The notes under the pieces are model-generated. The model was not told where the DNA came from, searched no databases, and saw nothing but the letters and a program-made list of their open reading frames with translations. Shown here one piece after another: positions 48,701 through 59,500 of a stretch of 64,000 nucleotides of DNA. Origin of the DNA: a virus; the IMG/VR virus record IMGVR_UViG_3300008262_000017, positions 1 through 64,000 of that record. The stretch is one strand, 5' to 3'. Both the position numbers and the translations under genes were made by a program. Each line of letters opens with the position of its first letter. The stretch's first letter is position 1.

Positions 48701-51700
48701 ATTGTTCTGCTGTTTTAATCCAAGACGTTTTATTGTTTGGTTTAGTGTAAGAAATAACTTTTCCGGATTGAGCAATACCAGCATCAGGTCTATTAATTGC
48801 TGATATTAATATTGTGTTATTACCAACTGCAATATCGTATCCATACCTGTCAAACTTAGTTCCTTTGTTAAGTAAGGATTCTCCATATAAGAATTTTTCG
48901 TTGTATCTATCGTAAATATCAACTACAGATGCATCGGTATTTAAATCTTCAAAAGTACAACTGTCTTTATCAAACGTAGTTGTTGATTTATCAAATGTTG
49001 TTTGTTGAGAAGAATCTCTATTAAAAGAAAATATAGCTAGAGTTCGATCGTTGTTTATAAACTCTACTCTTGTGCCAAACTTTTCGTTAACTTCGCCTGC
49101 TCTAGTATTAATAATTTGTAAGAGCTGATATGCAGTTCCTATTCTCTTATAAACAATGACCGCTCCTACATCTACTTTATTTCTAACGTTGATTAAATCA
49201 GCGCCTACTGCAATGTATTGACCGTTATCAGATATAGAAATGCTCTTTCCAAAGTTTTCGTAATCTGATGCAGAAGGATTGTATACTATCTGTTGATCTA
49301 ACACAAAAGGCAAGATTGATAGAGGATCATCTTTATAAACAAATACTTTGTTAAGCTTAGGGGCAGTTATTGCTAAGATAGCAGCAGTGCCATTAACTTG
49401 TGAAAGTGCAAGGTCAGTTCCAAACTCGTCAGCTAACTCTCCAGATCTCTCTGCATATAAAAACCAATCATTGTCGAGAGTAATCTCTTCACCTGTGCCA
49501 TCAACAACATATTGATGTTTGTAAATGTAGACTGTTGCATTAGAAGAATCGTATACTGACAAGAAGTAAGTAGCTGCTGATCCTCCGTATAGATCTGCAA
49601 CTTTGACAAAATCAAAGTTAGATCCAAATCCACTGTTGCCTTGATTAATTTCTAAAACTTTAGAATATTTTCTATTGGTTTCTCTCTTATATAGATAAAA
49701 GAATCCTGCTTCAGGTGCCGAAATAACAAGCCACTGACCGTCTTTTGAAAACTTAGTAACGTCTCCGAACGAATTAAAAGATGCAGAATTTTTTCTATAG
49801 AAGGAACCTGTTACTCTCCAAACAGGATTGGTATTGCTTTTTTCAAATATAGTAACAACTGCTTTTGAATTATCGCCAGGTGCAATTTCAGAAGTTACTG
49901 CACAAGTATTGCCGTCTGCTGTCATTGACAAAGCTTTGCCAAAAGTTAAGCCAGGTGCCGGTGTTGGATTTTGAATATCTGTTTTAGAATAAACTCTATT
50001 ATTTTTAAATATTCCCCACAGACCATTTCCTGAACTGTCTACCCACACTGTTTCATTTGGTTTAATCTTATAATCTAAATTATCATTGACACTGTCTATA
50101 TTATCAAATACAACTGATTTTAAATAGAATGATATTATAGGTTTAGTAGTCTTTGGTGCACCTTCAAAAAGTTGCACATCAATCAATGCATTTCTAATCT
50201 TAATAATTTTACAAAATGCAGAAATATTTGGAGCACTTTCTATTCTAAGATAAGTGCCAACTATTACATCAGGAATTTTATCGCAAACTAGTGTAGTAAC
50301 TTTATCGTGTTGAATTTCAAGAATTTTAAAATTAGTCTTTGTAATTCTATAGACGTTCCAATCTGCTCCTTCAAACGCTGTTTGAATATATTTTCCTTCA
50401 ATATATTTTAAAGCGTCTACGCTTGTCAACGAATCTAAATTGTCTACACTTATAAGGATATCTTCTTTTCTAACATTTCCTGGAGTTCTTAAAAATCTTT
50501 TAGGAGCAACAGTTGGCCATAGATCTGCTTTATAATCTATAGGTTTTATATAGATATCAGCTTCAGTTTGTCTATAAACAAAATCGTTAACTTTAGGATC
50601 AATCCTATCTACAAATTCGATAGGCTGAGGATTAATTTTAAATTGTTTTTCTTCTAAAACTATTTCAATTTCATTAAAACTGTCAACTGCTCCGTATTCT
50701 CCTACACGGAACGCCCATTCTTCGTCAAATACTAAACTTTCTTTATCAGCAGCACTTAGCACATCGAATAGTTTATTAAAAACATTTTGAGTTCCTTTTT
50801 CTGCAATCATGCCTTGATAAAACTTATACTGACTTACATCATTATTAATAATGTTTTCAAGGTACTGACGTTTTTGGTAACCAATTAAATGCTGTGCAAC
50901 TTTTTGTTGTTCAACATCAAAATTATCAGTGTCTAAGTCATAAAAATCTGTAAACTGTTCTGCTTTATAGTCCCAGTTAGGTAGTAGTTTTGATTCTAGT
51001 TTATTTTCTAGTAAAAACCAATCAGCATAATCAAAAGTTTCTACTCCTGGTAGGAAAGATCTTGCACTGAAATAGAATTCTTTATATTTTACAATATCTC
51101 CTAGATTGTAATCAGTCCAAGGTTCCCAACTGTTAATTTTTAGTTGATCATAGATAAATCCAGGTGTTTCAAAACTTCCGCTCCATTGACTTGTTACGTA
51201 ACCTAAAATTTTTAATTTATCTTGCCTATAGCCTGTTTCTTTATCGTAAATTGTATCATTAAACATTGTTGTGTTATCAAATACTACAACATGTTCTTTT
51301 TGTACAAGATGAAGAACTGCACAATAGATACCTGCAGATGTGCCGGCAGTAGGAGCAAGACTAAATTCTCCTTCAGATCTAAATACATCTATTAGTTCAG
51401 GTTCTAATTTTTTACCATCTAATTTAAAAATGTTATAATCGTAAAAAGAATCTATAACACTGTCAACAACTGCTATATTAGATTTAAACGTTAATTTATT
51501 TGCTGCCGGGCTTAAACTAATAGTAGATCCAATAGCCCAATTTTGACTTGTCCAAGTTAAAAATTCTTTAGTACTGGTAATCCAATTAGCAACAACTGAA
51601 AGATTATTATTGTATTCTTCAAATACAAATCCTTCAGATTTTAAAAATTCTCCGTATCCTTGTAAGAAGTCTGCTACTTCTTGTATAGATCCCAATACTG

Positions 51701-54700
51701 TGTTGTAAGCAATCTTAATTGGATTATTGTAATCCCAACCTTTTCTAACAATTACAGTTTTACCTCCTACCAGCGGTAAGTTTGGTAGCTTAACATACAA
51801 GTTGTTATCAAACGAGTTTCCGCTAGTATGCGATACTCTTACTCTATAATATGTGTCTGCATATTTTATTACTTTGCCTGCAACATAATACTGATCAGAT
51901 GCCCAGTTAGCATAAATTTCGCTTATGCCACCCACTGTGATTTCTTTTCCGCTTAGGGTGTATGGATAAACTGTAAAGTATTGATCGTTATAATTGTAAC
52001 CTTTTATTTCAAATCCAGTTTCTACTCTTGTTACAATTACACCGCTATAGACTAGCTTCTTAACAGCACTAGAAACATTTAAATTGATATTGTAATTTTC
52101 TTCAGGAACAAATACTCCACTTGTTGCGCTAGGACTTTTACTGTCTAATAGGACTCTATATTTTTGTTTACTAGTAAATGCTCCTAAGCGAGAAGACAGC
52201 TTATTGGTTATGTTTAGCAAATCTTGTTTGAAGTTATTAACTTTAGACAAATTGTTACCAGCAATATAATCAAATATGTAATTAATTAAACCTGAAGTAT
52301 ACACCCTAGTAGAAGTATTATCTGTAGAAATTGTAGGTGTTTTTAAATCGCTGAGTCTAAGTCTTAGGCCTGTATCAGCATATACAAGTTGTCCATTAAT
52401 ATCTCTTACAATTCTACTTCTATCTAAACACTTGGCTAGTACATCTGCTGGAGACATTAATAACAGTGTCTTAATTACTGCAAAAGGATAGTAGCTAGAT
52501 TTTCTCCAAGCAGATTCTATAGGTGCAATATCTCCAAATTTAAAAGCATCGCTTGCTGGATCAGTTACAATGCCAATGACAAATCTTTCTTCTAAAGGAG
52601 TACTTAACTTTCCTTGTTCATCAACTGGAAATCTATTTTCTAATATTGAACGTTCAAATTTTTTATTTCTTCTAACAGGAACACCAGGTTCTCTTATAGT
52701 ACCTGTTTTTAAATCTCCCCACAATACTAAATTATCTTTTGTATAAGGAGCCGGACCATATGTTTGTGTCCACCATGAAGGTTCTACACTAAAACCTAAA
52801 CACTCCCAAGGGTGTGTATGAGGTCTAGCAGTGTCTAGCATCCATGTATAGATACCTCTCCATGAGTGAGGCGTATCTGTATTGTTAGGAGCATATGAGC
52901 CAGATAAGTTATATGTAAATGCATTTAAACTATCAAAGTTGATATTTTTTGTAAAATCTAAACCAACTAACTGTAACCATTTAAAGAAAGAAGTTGAAAG
53001 AATTTCGTTGTATTCATTTATAGAATAAGCAGTTGATCTTTCATACCCGGGAATATAATCATAAATGTCAAAAATTTCAGAATTATAATTTACTTTAATG
53101 TTGTTAAAAATTCTTTTTTCTAATTCTAATATTAAATCATCTCTGTAATCATTAAACGCAACAGTTATGCTGCCGTCGTGACCTTGTATTACTTTTGTAG
53201 GAGTAACATACGTGTCGTCTATATAAATCTTAGGTTCGTATTTTGGAAATAGACCCAATTTAGTTGGCGTAGGGGGACAAAAGCATCCATCAGTAGTAAC
53301 ATACTCTACTGCTTCAATACTATCATTTTCTTGTAAATCTATTAAAATTTCAAAAAATTCTGTATCTCCAAAAATATAATCTCTTCCTTCAATTAGCTGT
53401 GTATCATTAAGATAGATATGCACCGCCTTGTTTGTCAAAGTGCTAAGATTAAAAATATTGCTTAAAGGATATGTTTTTATTCTACTGTCTAACACTGTGT
53501 AATTGATTATGTTAGATCCGGAATATGCCACCATGTCAGACAAATAATAAGGATTAGTTTTAGGTTTATCCTTGTTCATTAATTCTAAAATTACATCAAC
53601 ATGATCCCTAGTTGTTCCGCCAAAACTACTATCTGTTGCAGCTAAAATAAAAGATCTTTTAAATTTATTATAATCGTCCTTAGCTTTGTCAAGAGCTTTG
53701 ATAATATTAGCTTCTTTAGAACCAAGGAAATACGAAGGTAAATTTAAAGAGCCGGAATGTTGAACAAATTTAGTTCCAAAGTGAGATACATTTCCTAAAT
53801 CTTTTAAGTTACTTGTGCCAGGAAAAGATCCAACAAATTCATCAATGTTATCAATAATTGAATTAACATGGTCAACAACTTGACCTAAAGTAAATGTGTC
53901 AAGGTTATTGTTTAAAGGGTTGTTTTGAAGATTTATAGGAAATTCATAGTGCCCGTTATTGTTCTTTGACTGTTTAGCAAAACACTTTAATACAACGATG
54001 TCAGTTTCAGCAACAGGAGAAATTAATTCAACAAATTTATATGTAACGCCTGTTCCAATAGTGTAATCAAGTTTGTTTAATTTCTTTCCGTTAATATAAA
54101 CTCTAACTGACAAATCTTCTAAGTTAGTTTTGTCATTGAATACATCAACATTAAAAGTGTTAGATACTTTACCTGTATACGTTCTAATAACTGGCTGATA
54201 ATCAGTTACTTTAGATTTGACCCAGCCGTTAACAAAAGAATATCTTTCTAAGTCTTCAGAAACTTTTAAAAATCCAGTATCATTGTTTTTATAAAATACT
54301 GCATCTTTTACTTTATACGCAAAGTTATCTTTTAAAAGATAAAAATCAAAAACAATGTCACCTATGTTATTAATGTTTTGATATGATAACGGAAATCCTA
54401 ATTCATTATCAACTACTCCGCTCGAAGATTCTTTATATCCAAAAAGTTTGTTTCCCTTAAAGCTTGATCCGTCATACTTAGAAGGGTCAGAAAATGACAC
54501 TCCGGCGTTATCAAATAAATCAAATAATGGAGTTTGATTAACAGATGTTTTGATTTGACCTAGGACCCATTTAGATCCGTTGAACCAATATGTCTGTCCC
54601 TTATTTCCTATTAAGTTATTTTCTAACGGCTCAATTTGACCAAATCGTATAGCTGCGTTTTCTCCTATTTGAGGAATTAAATCAGATTCTTCAGTTAGTT

Positions 54701-56519
54701 GAATTTGTCTTCTTTTTCCAGAATATACTTCTAAAGAATGTGTACCAGAAACAAGTCCTAAGATTTCTGCTTGTCTAGTTAACTTAGGATCTTTAAAAAG
54801 TGCAATAGTTAATTGGTCTATTACTTGAACCCAATAGATGCTTCTATTAGTAAGTCCGGGAATAAGATCAAATTTATTTTTTAAATAAGTTACTTGACTT
54901 CCTGTAGATAAACCGTGCTCAGAAGTAAAAGCAATTGTACTTCTTGTTAGATCTACACTTGTTTCAGGATTAAAATTTAATAATCTTCCTGGAACAACAA
55001 CATTTATAAAGTTAACTTTGTATGTGTTGTTCTTAACAAGGATATCTGTATCAGCATTAAAAATAATTCTCATGCCGTCTGCTAGATCAACTCCATCAAC
55101 GTTGTAACCTAAACTACCTTCAACTGTACTAAAAGCATCAGTTGTAAAATTATCAATTAAGTCAACTGTTTTTTTAGCAACTGTACCAAAATTATAAAGT
55201 TTTAATCCAGAATTAAATTCAATAATTGGTCGGATAGCTCTTGCCTTTTGATCAAATTCTGGAATAGAACTGTTTACTTCTGCACTGACTTTAATAACAT
55301 CAGTATGGAACCATCTATTATATTTGCTCCATGGGTTACCATCTACGCTAGAACGATTAATAGTTACATAGTCTTTATTATTAGGCCATGAACCTATTTC
55401 ACTAAACGGAACTTGGTCAAAAGGAATGTCATCGAATAATAAGGTAGATTCTTTTGCATACGTAGATCTTATTTCTAATTCTTTTTCAGAAATAAGTTTA
55501 ATAGATGAACCAACACCTTCAACGTACCAAAATCCATTTTCGTATTGTTCAGGAACTACTTTTCCAATAAAGTTTAATTTCATTCCGTTGCTTAGTGCCA
55601 CACTGCCTATAGGGGTATTAGGAATAGAATATGTTTTCTTTCCTAATACTTCAGCAGAAATATCGATGAAAGTATTTTCTTCAATATCTAAAATATGAAA
55701 AACTCCGCCTGTATCAATAGCAGCTTCACTAACATAAAACAATACATCAGGAGCATTTAAGGGAACTTCAAATGTTAATTTTCCAACTTCTGTTCCGTTT
55801 CCGTCAACACCTTGATTATATCTATCAAGTGCTCCTTCTGATCTTTCTGTTTTAATGCTAAAAGGATGGCCTTGAGCATCTAAATCAAGTATATAAGTTT
55901 GTCCTCTAAAAAGAGTAATAGTTGGATTTCTAACTAATCCTTCAACAGGGCCTTCTGGATTAAAAAGAAATGCCACGTTGTCAACTTCGTCGACTGTTGT
56001 TACAGAGTATGTACTAACTATTTCTTGTTGTTGCCCAGCAACATTAATCGGTGTTGGTCCGAATGGCAACCAGTAATATTGTTGGAAATTAGATAATTTA
56101 TCCCAATTAATATGAGGGTTCCAGCTATAAAATTCTTGTTTGTTTAATCTACTGTGATTTTTAACATTTCCATCAAACACTTCTACATGATTGATGTGAT
56201 CTATGTAATCTTTATAAAAAACAGTATTGCCAAGATAGTCTTTAATAACTGCCGCTGGCTCTAGTTGATAGTCTTGTCTAGATTTATCCGCTGCATCTAA
56301 GAATACATCAGTAGATTTATTTGTTTTAGAATATTGGCGGCCAACGTATCCATTTATTTTTTTAACAGTACCAGGCTGAATTAATTGATCTAATGTAGCT
56401 TGTAAAAATTTTTTGTTACTACTAGTTCTATAAAATCTTGGCAGTAAACTAGAAGACTCTCTTTTATTATTTGAACCAGTTGGTAGACTTGGTTCATTTT
56501 GGTCTTTATCGTATGCCAT
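42753..56519 (-). CDS. Giant (4588 aa) baseplate wedge-like multidomain virion protein
   Basis: Uninterrupted 13.8-kb ORF right after the gp6-like gene; FG-GAP-like propeller repeats, CBM-like W...Y..G..V motifs, G.GY repeats, KPYRTKIR. Confidence 0.75.
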   Translation of the reverse strand: MAYDKDQNEPSLPTGSNNKRESSSLLPRFYRTSSNKKFLQATLDQLIQPGTVKKINGYVGRQYSKTNKSTDVFLDAADKSRQDYQLEPAAVIKDYLGNTVFYKDYIDHINHVEVFDGNVKNHSRLNKQEFYSWNPHINWDKLSNFQQYYWLPFGPTPINVAGQQQEIVSTYSVTTVDEVDNVAFLFNPEGPVEGLVRNPTITLFRGQTYILDLDAQGHPFSIKTERSEGALDRYNQGVDGNGTEVGKLTFEVPLNAPDVLFYVSEAAIDTGGVFHILDIEENTFIDISAEVLGKKTYSIPNTPIGSVALSNGMKLNFIGKVVPEQYENGFWYVEGVGSSIKLISEKELEIRSTYAKESTLLFDDIPFDQVPFSEIGSWPNNKDYVTINRSSVDGNPWSKYNRWFHTDVIKVSAEVNSSIPEFDQKARAIRPIIEFNSGLKLYNFGTVAKKTVDLIDNFTTDAFSTVEGSLGYNVDGVDLADGMRIIFNADTDILVKNNTYKVNFINVVVPGRLLNFNPETSVDLTRSTIAFTSEHGLSTGSQVTYLKNKFDLIPGLTNRSIYWVQVIDQLTIALFKDPKLTRQAEILGLVSGTHSLEVYSGKRRQIQLTEESDLIPQIGENAAIRFGQIEPLENNLIGNKGQTYWFNGSKWVLGQIKTSVNQTPLFDLFDNAGVSFSDPSKYDGSSFKGNKLFGYKESSSGVVDNELGFPLSYQNINNIGDIVFDFYLLKDNFAYKVKDAVFYKNNDTGFLKVSEDLERYSFVNGWVKSKVTDYQPVIRTYTGKVSNTFNVDVFNDKTNLEDLSVRVYINGKKLNKLDYTIGTGVTYKFVELISPVAETDIVVLKCFAKQSKNNNGHYEFPINLQNNPLNNNLDTFTLGQVVDHVNSIIDNIDEFVGSFPGTSNLKDLGNVSHFGTKFVQHSGSLNLPSYFLGSKEANIIKALDKAKDDYNKFKRSFILAATDSSFGGTTRDHVDVILELMNKDKPKTNPYYLSDMVAYSGSNIINYTVLDSRIKTYPLSNIFNLSTLTNKAVHIYLNDTQLIEGRDYIFGDTEFFEILIDLQENDSIEAVEYVTTDGCFCPPTPTKLGLFPKYEPKIYIDDTYVTPTKVIQGHDGSITVAFNDYRDDLILELEKRIFNNIKVNYNSEIFDIYDYIPGYERSTAYSINEYNEILSTSFFKWLQLVGLDFTKNINFDSLNAFTYNLSGSYAPNNTDTPHSWRGIYTWMLDTARPHTHPWECLGFSVEPSWWTQTYGPAPYTKDNLVLWGDLKTGTIREPGVPVRRNKKFERSILENRFPVDEQGKLSTPLEERFVIGIVTDPASDAFKFGDIAPIESAWRKSSYYPFAVIKTLLLMSPADVLAKCLDRSRIVRDINGQLVYADTGLRLRLSDLKTPTISTDNTSTRVYTSGLINYIFDYIAGNNLSKVNNFKQDLLNITNKLSSRLGAFTSKQKYRVLLDSKSPSATSGVFVPEENYNINLNVSSAVKKLVYSGVIVTRVETGFEIKGYNYNDQYFTVYPYTLSGKEITVGGISEIYANWASDQYYVAGKVIKYADTYYRVRVSHTSGNSFDNNLYVKLPNLPLVGGKTVIVRKGWDYNNPIKIAYNTVLGSIQEVADFLQGYGEFLKSEGFVFEEYNNNLSVVANWITSTKEFLTWTSQNWAIGSTISLSPAANKLTFKSNIAVVDSVIDSFYDYNIFKLDGKKLEPELIDVFRSEGEFSLAPTAGTSAGIYCAVLHLVQKEHVVVFDNTTMFNDTIYDKETGYRQDKLKILGYVTSQWSGSFETPGFIYDQLKINSWEPWTDYNLGDIVKYKEFYFSARSFLPGVETFDYADWFLLENKLESKLLPNWDYKAEQFTDFYDLDTDNFDVEQQKVAQHLIGYQKRQYLENIINNDVSQYKFYQGMIAEKGTQNVFNKLFDVLSAADKESLVFDEEWAFRVGEYGAVDSFNEIEIVLEEKQFKINPQPIEFVDRIDPKVNDFVYRQTEADIYIKPIDYKADLWPTVAPKRFLRTPGNVRKEDILISVDNLDSLTSVDALKYIEGKYIQTAFEGADWNVYRITKTNFKILEIQHDKVTTLVCDKIPDVIVGTYLRIESAPNISAFCKIIKIRNALIDVQLFEGAPKTTKPIISFYLKSVVFDNIDSVNDNLDYKIKPNETVWVDSSGNGLWGIFKNNRVYSKTDIQNPTPAPGLTFGKALSMTADGNTCAVTSEIAPGDNSKAVVTIFEKSNTNPVWRVTGSFYRKNSASFNSFGDVTKFSKDGQWLVISAPEAGFFYLYKRETNRKYSKVLEINQGNSGFGSNFDFVKVADLYGGSAATYFLSVYDSSNATVYIYKHQYVVDGTGEEITLDNDWFLYAERSGELADEFGTDLALSQVNGTAAILAITAPKLNKVFVYKDDPLSILPFVLDQQIVYNPSASDYENFGKSISISDNGQYIAVGADLINVRNKVDVGAVIVYKRIGTAYQLLQIINTRAGEVNEKFGTRVEFINNDRTLAIFSFNRDSSQQTTFDKSTTTFDKDSCTFEDLNTDASVVDIYDRYNEKFLYGESLLNKGTKFDRYGYDIAVGNNTILISAINRPDAGIAQSGKVISYTKPNNKTSWIKTAEQSLDIDVSKIKKAYLYNKKTNELITYLDVVDTQQGKLPGAADQEIKFKTYYDPAIYSTGTGVNVDEGLNWTAEHVGMLWWDLSRARFYDNHSGDSLYKSSNWNKLYDTASIDIYEWVETDLLPTAWSALSDTEEGFTRGISGAPRYGNNVYSVKTYFDNISQKVKSTYYYWVKNKKTVPNVEGRTVSASNVSRLIADPISYGYPCVVFNSANCLSLVNVDKYLEDNNVALNVQYWITDNRTNFHSQWKLLSLNKNTVIPSAIENKWFHSLIGKDDAGRLVPDLKLPFKNRYGIEFRPRQGMFINRIEALKQLVERTNTVLKDILIADTYNFSNLLQAEVAPTTVSGEWDRNIDIEEELRFVPTKNFVKPIFNPVVSNGKIIDVTIVSSGNGYANFRPYQYDNQTLDPIAWFGPDLKISGNGMGAVIKTVVNALGQVIKVEIINGGEGYDSDTVLDIRSLSVLVTSDTFALESWTIYEWNLESNVWERVKSQAYNVTKYWKYIDWYKEGFNQFTKIDKIFENTHQLVVTDVRVGSVVKINNIGSGGWMLLRKFNDKVTIDYTENYEVIARQNGTVEFLSSIYSPLTTYDNLLLDANLYDNYPVTELKIILESIRDDILIDQYRVEYLKLFFASVKYVLSEQLLVDWVFKTSFVKSQHNVGELTQKITYKNDNLENFEEYIKEVKPYRTKIREFVSSYDALDPTKTVVTDFDLLPVINQDYSVSPLTVYVQGTEVVTSFAEINQYPWKNWADTLGFKVISVKIVDPGNGYILNPTVEIVGDQLSGGTPTLAKAYIANGKVNRIDLIKAGSRWTKAPNVIIKGGLGLGGTPARAVAIIGDSLARTTGTTIKFDRISKSYQITNLEVSETFTASGSKTQFPLIWSPNISTDSYLVYLNGAEVLKNEYKLTTVSTFNGSVTEYSGLLTFAEPPVKGSEIIIEYHKNFNHLAATDRINFYYKPTTGQLGKDLSQLMTGVDYGGVAVTGLGFEASFGWDSLPWFSEVWDTTAPDFDDFIIDATGTPSYQISLPYVPEKNQILNVYIARFNNVTLKHEDPIKIDDSAFGVTSLGSWTPNTNYVKGSVIGSDKKYVCLVSHVSQSSFLEGLTSGKWRVYNNDASMISFVGDGEIDILVLPQSLNLQTYVIDNEDYGDRIIIRKIESDGSINPRDDDYDTKLSGGNLAYNTATGFAPDDITLDGDGFVTAMTSHAPEEVVPGQVMDTLAIKVYSRPTGGCPNILFKTHLTNGLTNEFVIGQYFPNSNSVIVKLADQILIFEDDYTIDYQNNKVILEVTPPAGLEVSIISVSFNAENILDLDYYISDGETTEYITRSPWLPSVNATVLVNGEVVPFTIFSTDSNYTDLEGQTWRSRLGIQFPEAPPAGAVINFIIDSADISQTASIIKSQIIDYQEGTATYSLTNTIGVDLPFEANVLVKTENEILSSPSYNYFTIKNLQLTYALEDSKYQATEVNVDNLVVYLNGEQLSVGSDFNVNLNYSVPLYGIDINNFVLEGGSGYVEGDIIELVGGISYDRIATFLVSSVIGGGSILRADLIDPGLYVDFPTAPFILEGGSGTGVGLSASFVLQQDLNGVEVSLVPSRYVENGNLIIGVTSFADYSIDSLTKTITFNKEYESNTKFEILSFYNHNTLDIQRTVDTFSPIPILDLASPEYFEYNAKLGGVFKLNSTVSSGDFVWVIKNGLLLSHKVDYELAEDKQTVILNTYVAEEDKVQIIAFTNTVVEDQFGFMQFKDIMNRTHYKRLNMDKTTALAQPLSQRDRDIIVLDSNTLDIPNPSENKPGVIEINGERIEYFSKDGNILSQLRRGTLGTGIPTQHSVGTLIQNIGPSETIPYKDEYLIARSDEKRLNGSLVQDQVYVNGKMIVDFVNTRPTDSIEVFVGGYRLKKNQYTIYANTNYPYSPEGDVVRAPEFTYSSGFVQLRDTPQLGTLVVVIKKQGKVWNDLGKRLANSENAVAKFVKAVKTVWPAATVRS

Positions 56520-59500
56520 TAACTTCTCCTGATACTATTAACATTTTGTGAATTTAAGATTTGTGCAGTGTTATCAATAGCGCCTGCACTATTAATCTTT
56601 GTAGCTGTAATTGCAGAAATAATTTCTATATCATCAATGCCTGCACCGTTAATAAAGATTTGATCTTTTTCTAAACGAATTTCAAATAAACTTCCAAACT
56701 TTAAATTATTTTGTTTTGGTACTATAACAAAATTAACAATGTTCGGCGACAGTTGTTTCATTACATAAGCTGACAGTTCGCTAAAATAAAAATTATCTCC
56801 AAACTCCCAATTTTCTAAATTAAAAAATTCTGTTATAGCAGATAACACTTTAGATTTAACATCATTGTCACTTATAACTACTTCTGAATTTTTTATAACT
56901 TTAAATGTTGCTTGAACATCGGTATTGGCTTTACTTCCAAACAAAACTTTATATTTTACAGGATGATAAATTATTTCATCACTTACTGTTTTAATTTTGT
57001 TTAGATCAATAGATAGTAAGTTTGATAAATCATCTGTGCTTTGAGGCAATGGTTCTATGTTTAAAGAACCGTTAAGCCATTGCCTAAAATTAATATCATA
57101 TTGTTTAGTTAATACAAATAAATCAATCAGATTAGTTAATCCAGGATCTATCCTTGATTCATAATCAGCATTATGGATATATTGGAATCTTAAATTATCT
57201 CTTCCTTGAGATACTTTGTAATCTAAAGAAGTATGTAATAATCCTGTAGTTGCATTAAACAATTTAACAGTTTTTGTATCTAAGAAATAAAAATATTGTC
57301 CGTTAGGATAATTATTTAAATTTATATCAAGCTCACTATTAAAAAATAATACTTTTCCATTATTTGACACATAGCGATAGTCTTCTTGGCCTTGACTTAT
57401 TTCGTATTTTTCTTGTATTACAAATCTAGATTCAACAGGTATGCTTTCATTGTCAGGATCAACAATTTGATTAAACAATGTTGGATCGTCTACTACTCCG
57501 TCGTCATCTGTATCATTAAAAGTAACTTGTATTTTTTTAGTATCAACGTATCCGTCAAGTCCAACAAACTGATCAGTAATTTCCCAATCTTTATCAAAGT
57601 TAAAAGAATAGTTAGATCCAGGAATAGAATTAATGTTTAAAATTTTAATTTTATCTTTTACTGTTTGATTATTTCTCACATCATAAACTTTATCGCTTGA
57701 ATCAAAGAAGAATCGAACTTGTTTATCACTTTCAAAAATAAATCTTTCTAAGCGACTTGCTACTGTATAAAACTCAGTATCTGAAGTAAACAACACAAGC
57801 CAACTAGAGTCAACATTTTGATTTGTAGCATCACCTTGTCGACCTAAGTTGAAATTATCTATAACATTCAAATTAGTTTCAGTAATAATTTTCCATGTAC
57901 GAGAGTCTATATCATATCTTAGACCAAATGCTTTATTACCAAAAATTAAATCTATCATCGAAGCAATTGTAGTGCTTTCTAAGACATCTCTCCAAGCAGG
58001 AATAATTTCAGTTAGTTTTGGAGCAAGAGTCAAAACATTGTTATATGGATCAGGAATTATGTCATTTAAAACAATAGGACCTGCACCAGTAATTAAAATA
58101 CCTGTGCCTCCGTTAGTGCCGTCGCCGGCAACAGAAATAACTTTAGTCCATAAAGTAGTAGCTGCATTAGGAATAGCTTCTATTAATTTTCCATTAAGTG
58201 GAGTAATTTTATTAGACTTATTCTTATCAAAATAATAACCTGTTGGCGCATCAAACTTAACCAATGCTCCTAGAGTAAAATATTTTAACAGTGTACTAGA
58301 AAACGTACCTACTTTTAAAATAAGGTTGTTTACATCTTGTAGATACCCAGTAACTTGATTAGTGTCAATTGTTCTGTTGTACCAATATGCGCCAATTAGC
58401 TCTGCTGGAATTTTTGCAAAGTTATTATAATAAAAGTTTCTTAAATTTTTAGAACTTAGCAAAGGAAATATTTGATTATAGATAACTGCTTCAATTTCTG
58501 TTCTAGACCTAAACTTAAATCTAAAACTGTCTTGGTAAGTTTCTTTATACAATGCTCCGTCGTCAGCAAACAAATTTGTCTTGCTGTATTTTCCTGTTGG
58601 ATCTACAAGATCAAAATAACGGCTAATGCCGCTGCTTGTTCTATTGATTGCTTTAATTTTAACAATTTCTTGATTAACGCTTAACGGACTAATGTTGTAA
58701 TCTTCAGCAGTAATCATTCTATTTTGTGTATAGTATGTAGCAGGTGCTCTAGATTTTATACTAGCATTTTCTTCTGCAGGACTACTATTTGTAACAGAAC
58801 TTTGTAAACTTAGACTTACTGTCAATCTTTCTTGCTGACCTAAATTGCTAGTGTAAGGAATATCAATAGTAACATTTCTAACATCTCTAGGATTAACTGT
58901 ATAACGAAGTCCGTTACTTACTCTATAATAAACACGGAATGTTCCTTGAGGTAAATTACCAAATACTCCATCACTAAAGATTAAACTAGCTTGGTCGTCA
59001 GTACGTGTTACAACTCCATAGAAATTTTTAATAGACTTGTTTAAACTATTATAGATAACGTTGTTGCCTTCAAAGTTAGGAACTTGTGTCCAATACTCTG
59101 ATTCTGCTCCATTTTTATCTAGTCTATATAACCAAATATCACTGTTGTTGATGTTAACTGCATCAATGTCTACAGTTTCATCTGTACTAGGTTGTGTGAT
59201 GTTAAATCTTCCTTGAGCAACAGTACCTTGCTTAAAGTGTAGGAAGAAACCTGTGTTTCCGCTGCCGTTACCTTTGCCGTCATCTCTATATAAGAAAGCC
59301 AGCTGGTTTCCAATTTTAGGAGGTTCTTCAACTATAGCATTGCCGTTTTCAAACGCTGTAGAGACTATTTCAAAATCCATTGATCTTCCGTCAATAGTTT
59401 TATTAAACTTAAAAATAGGAAGTGCAGTAGACAACGTTTGAAATCTATATTGCTCTGTTGGAATACCTAATACAAAATCTTTATCGTCAGGATTTCCAAA

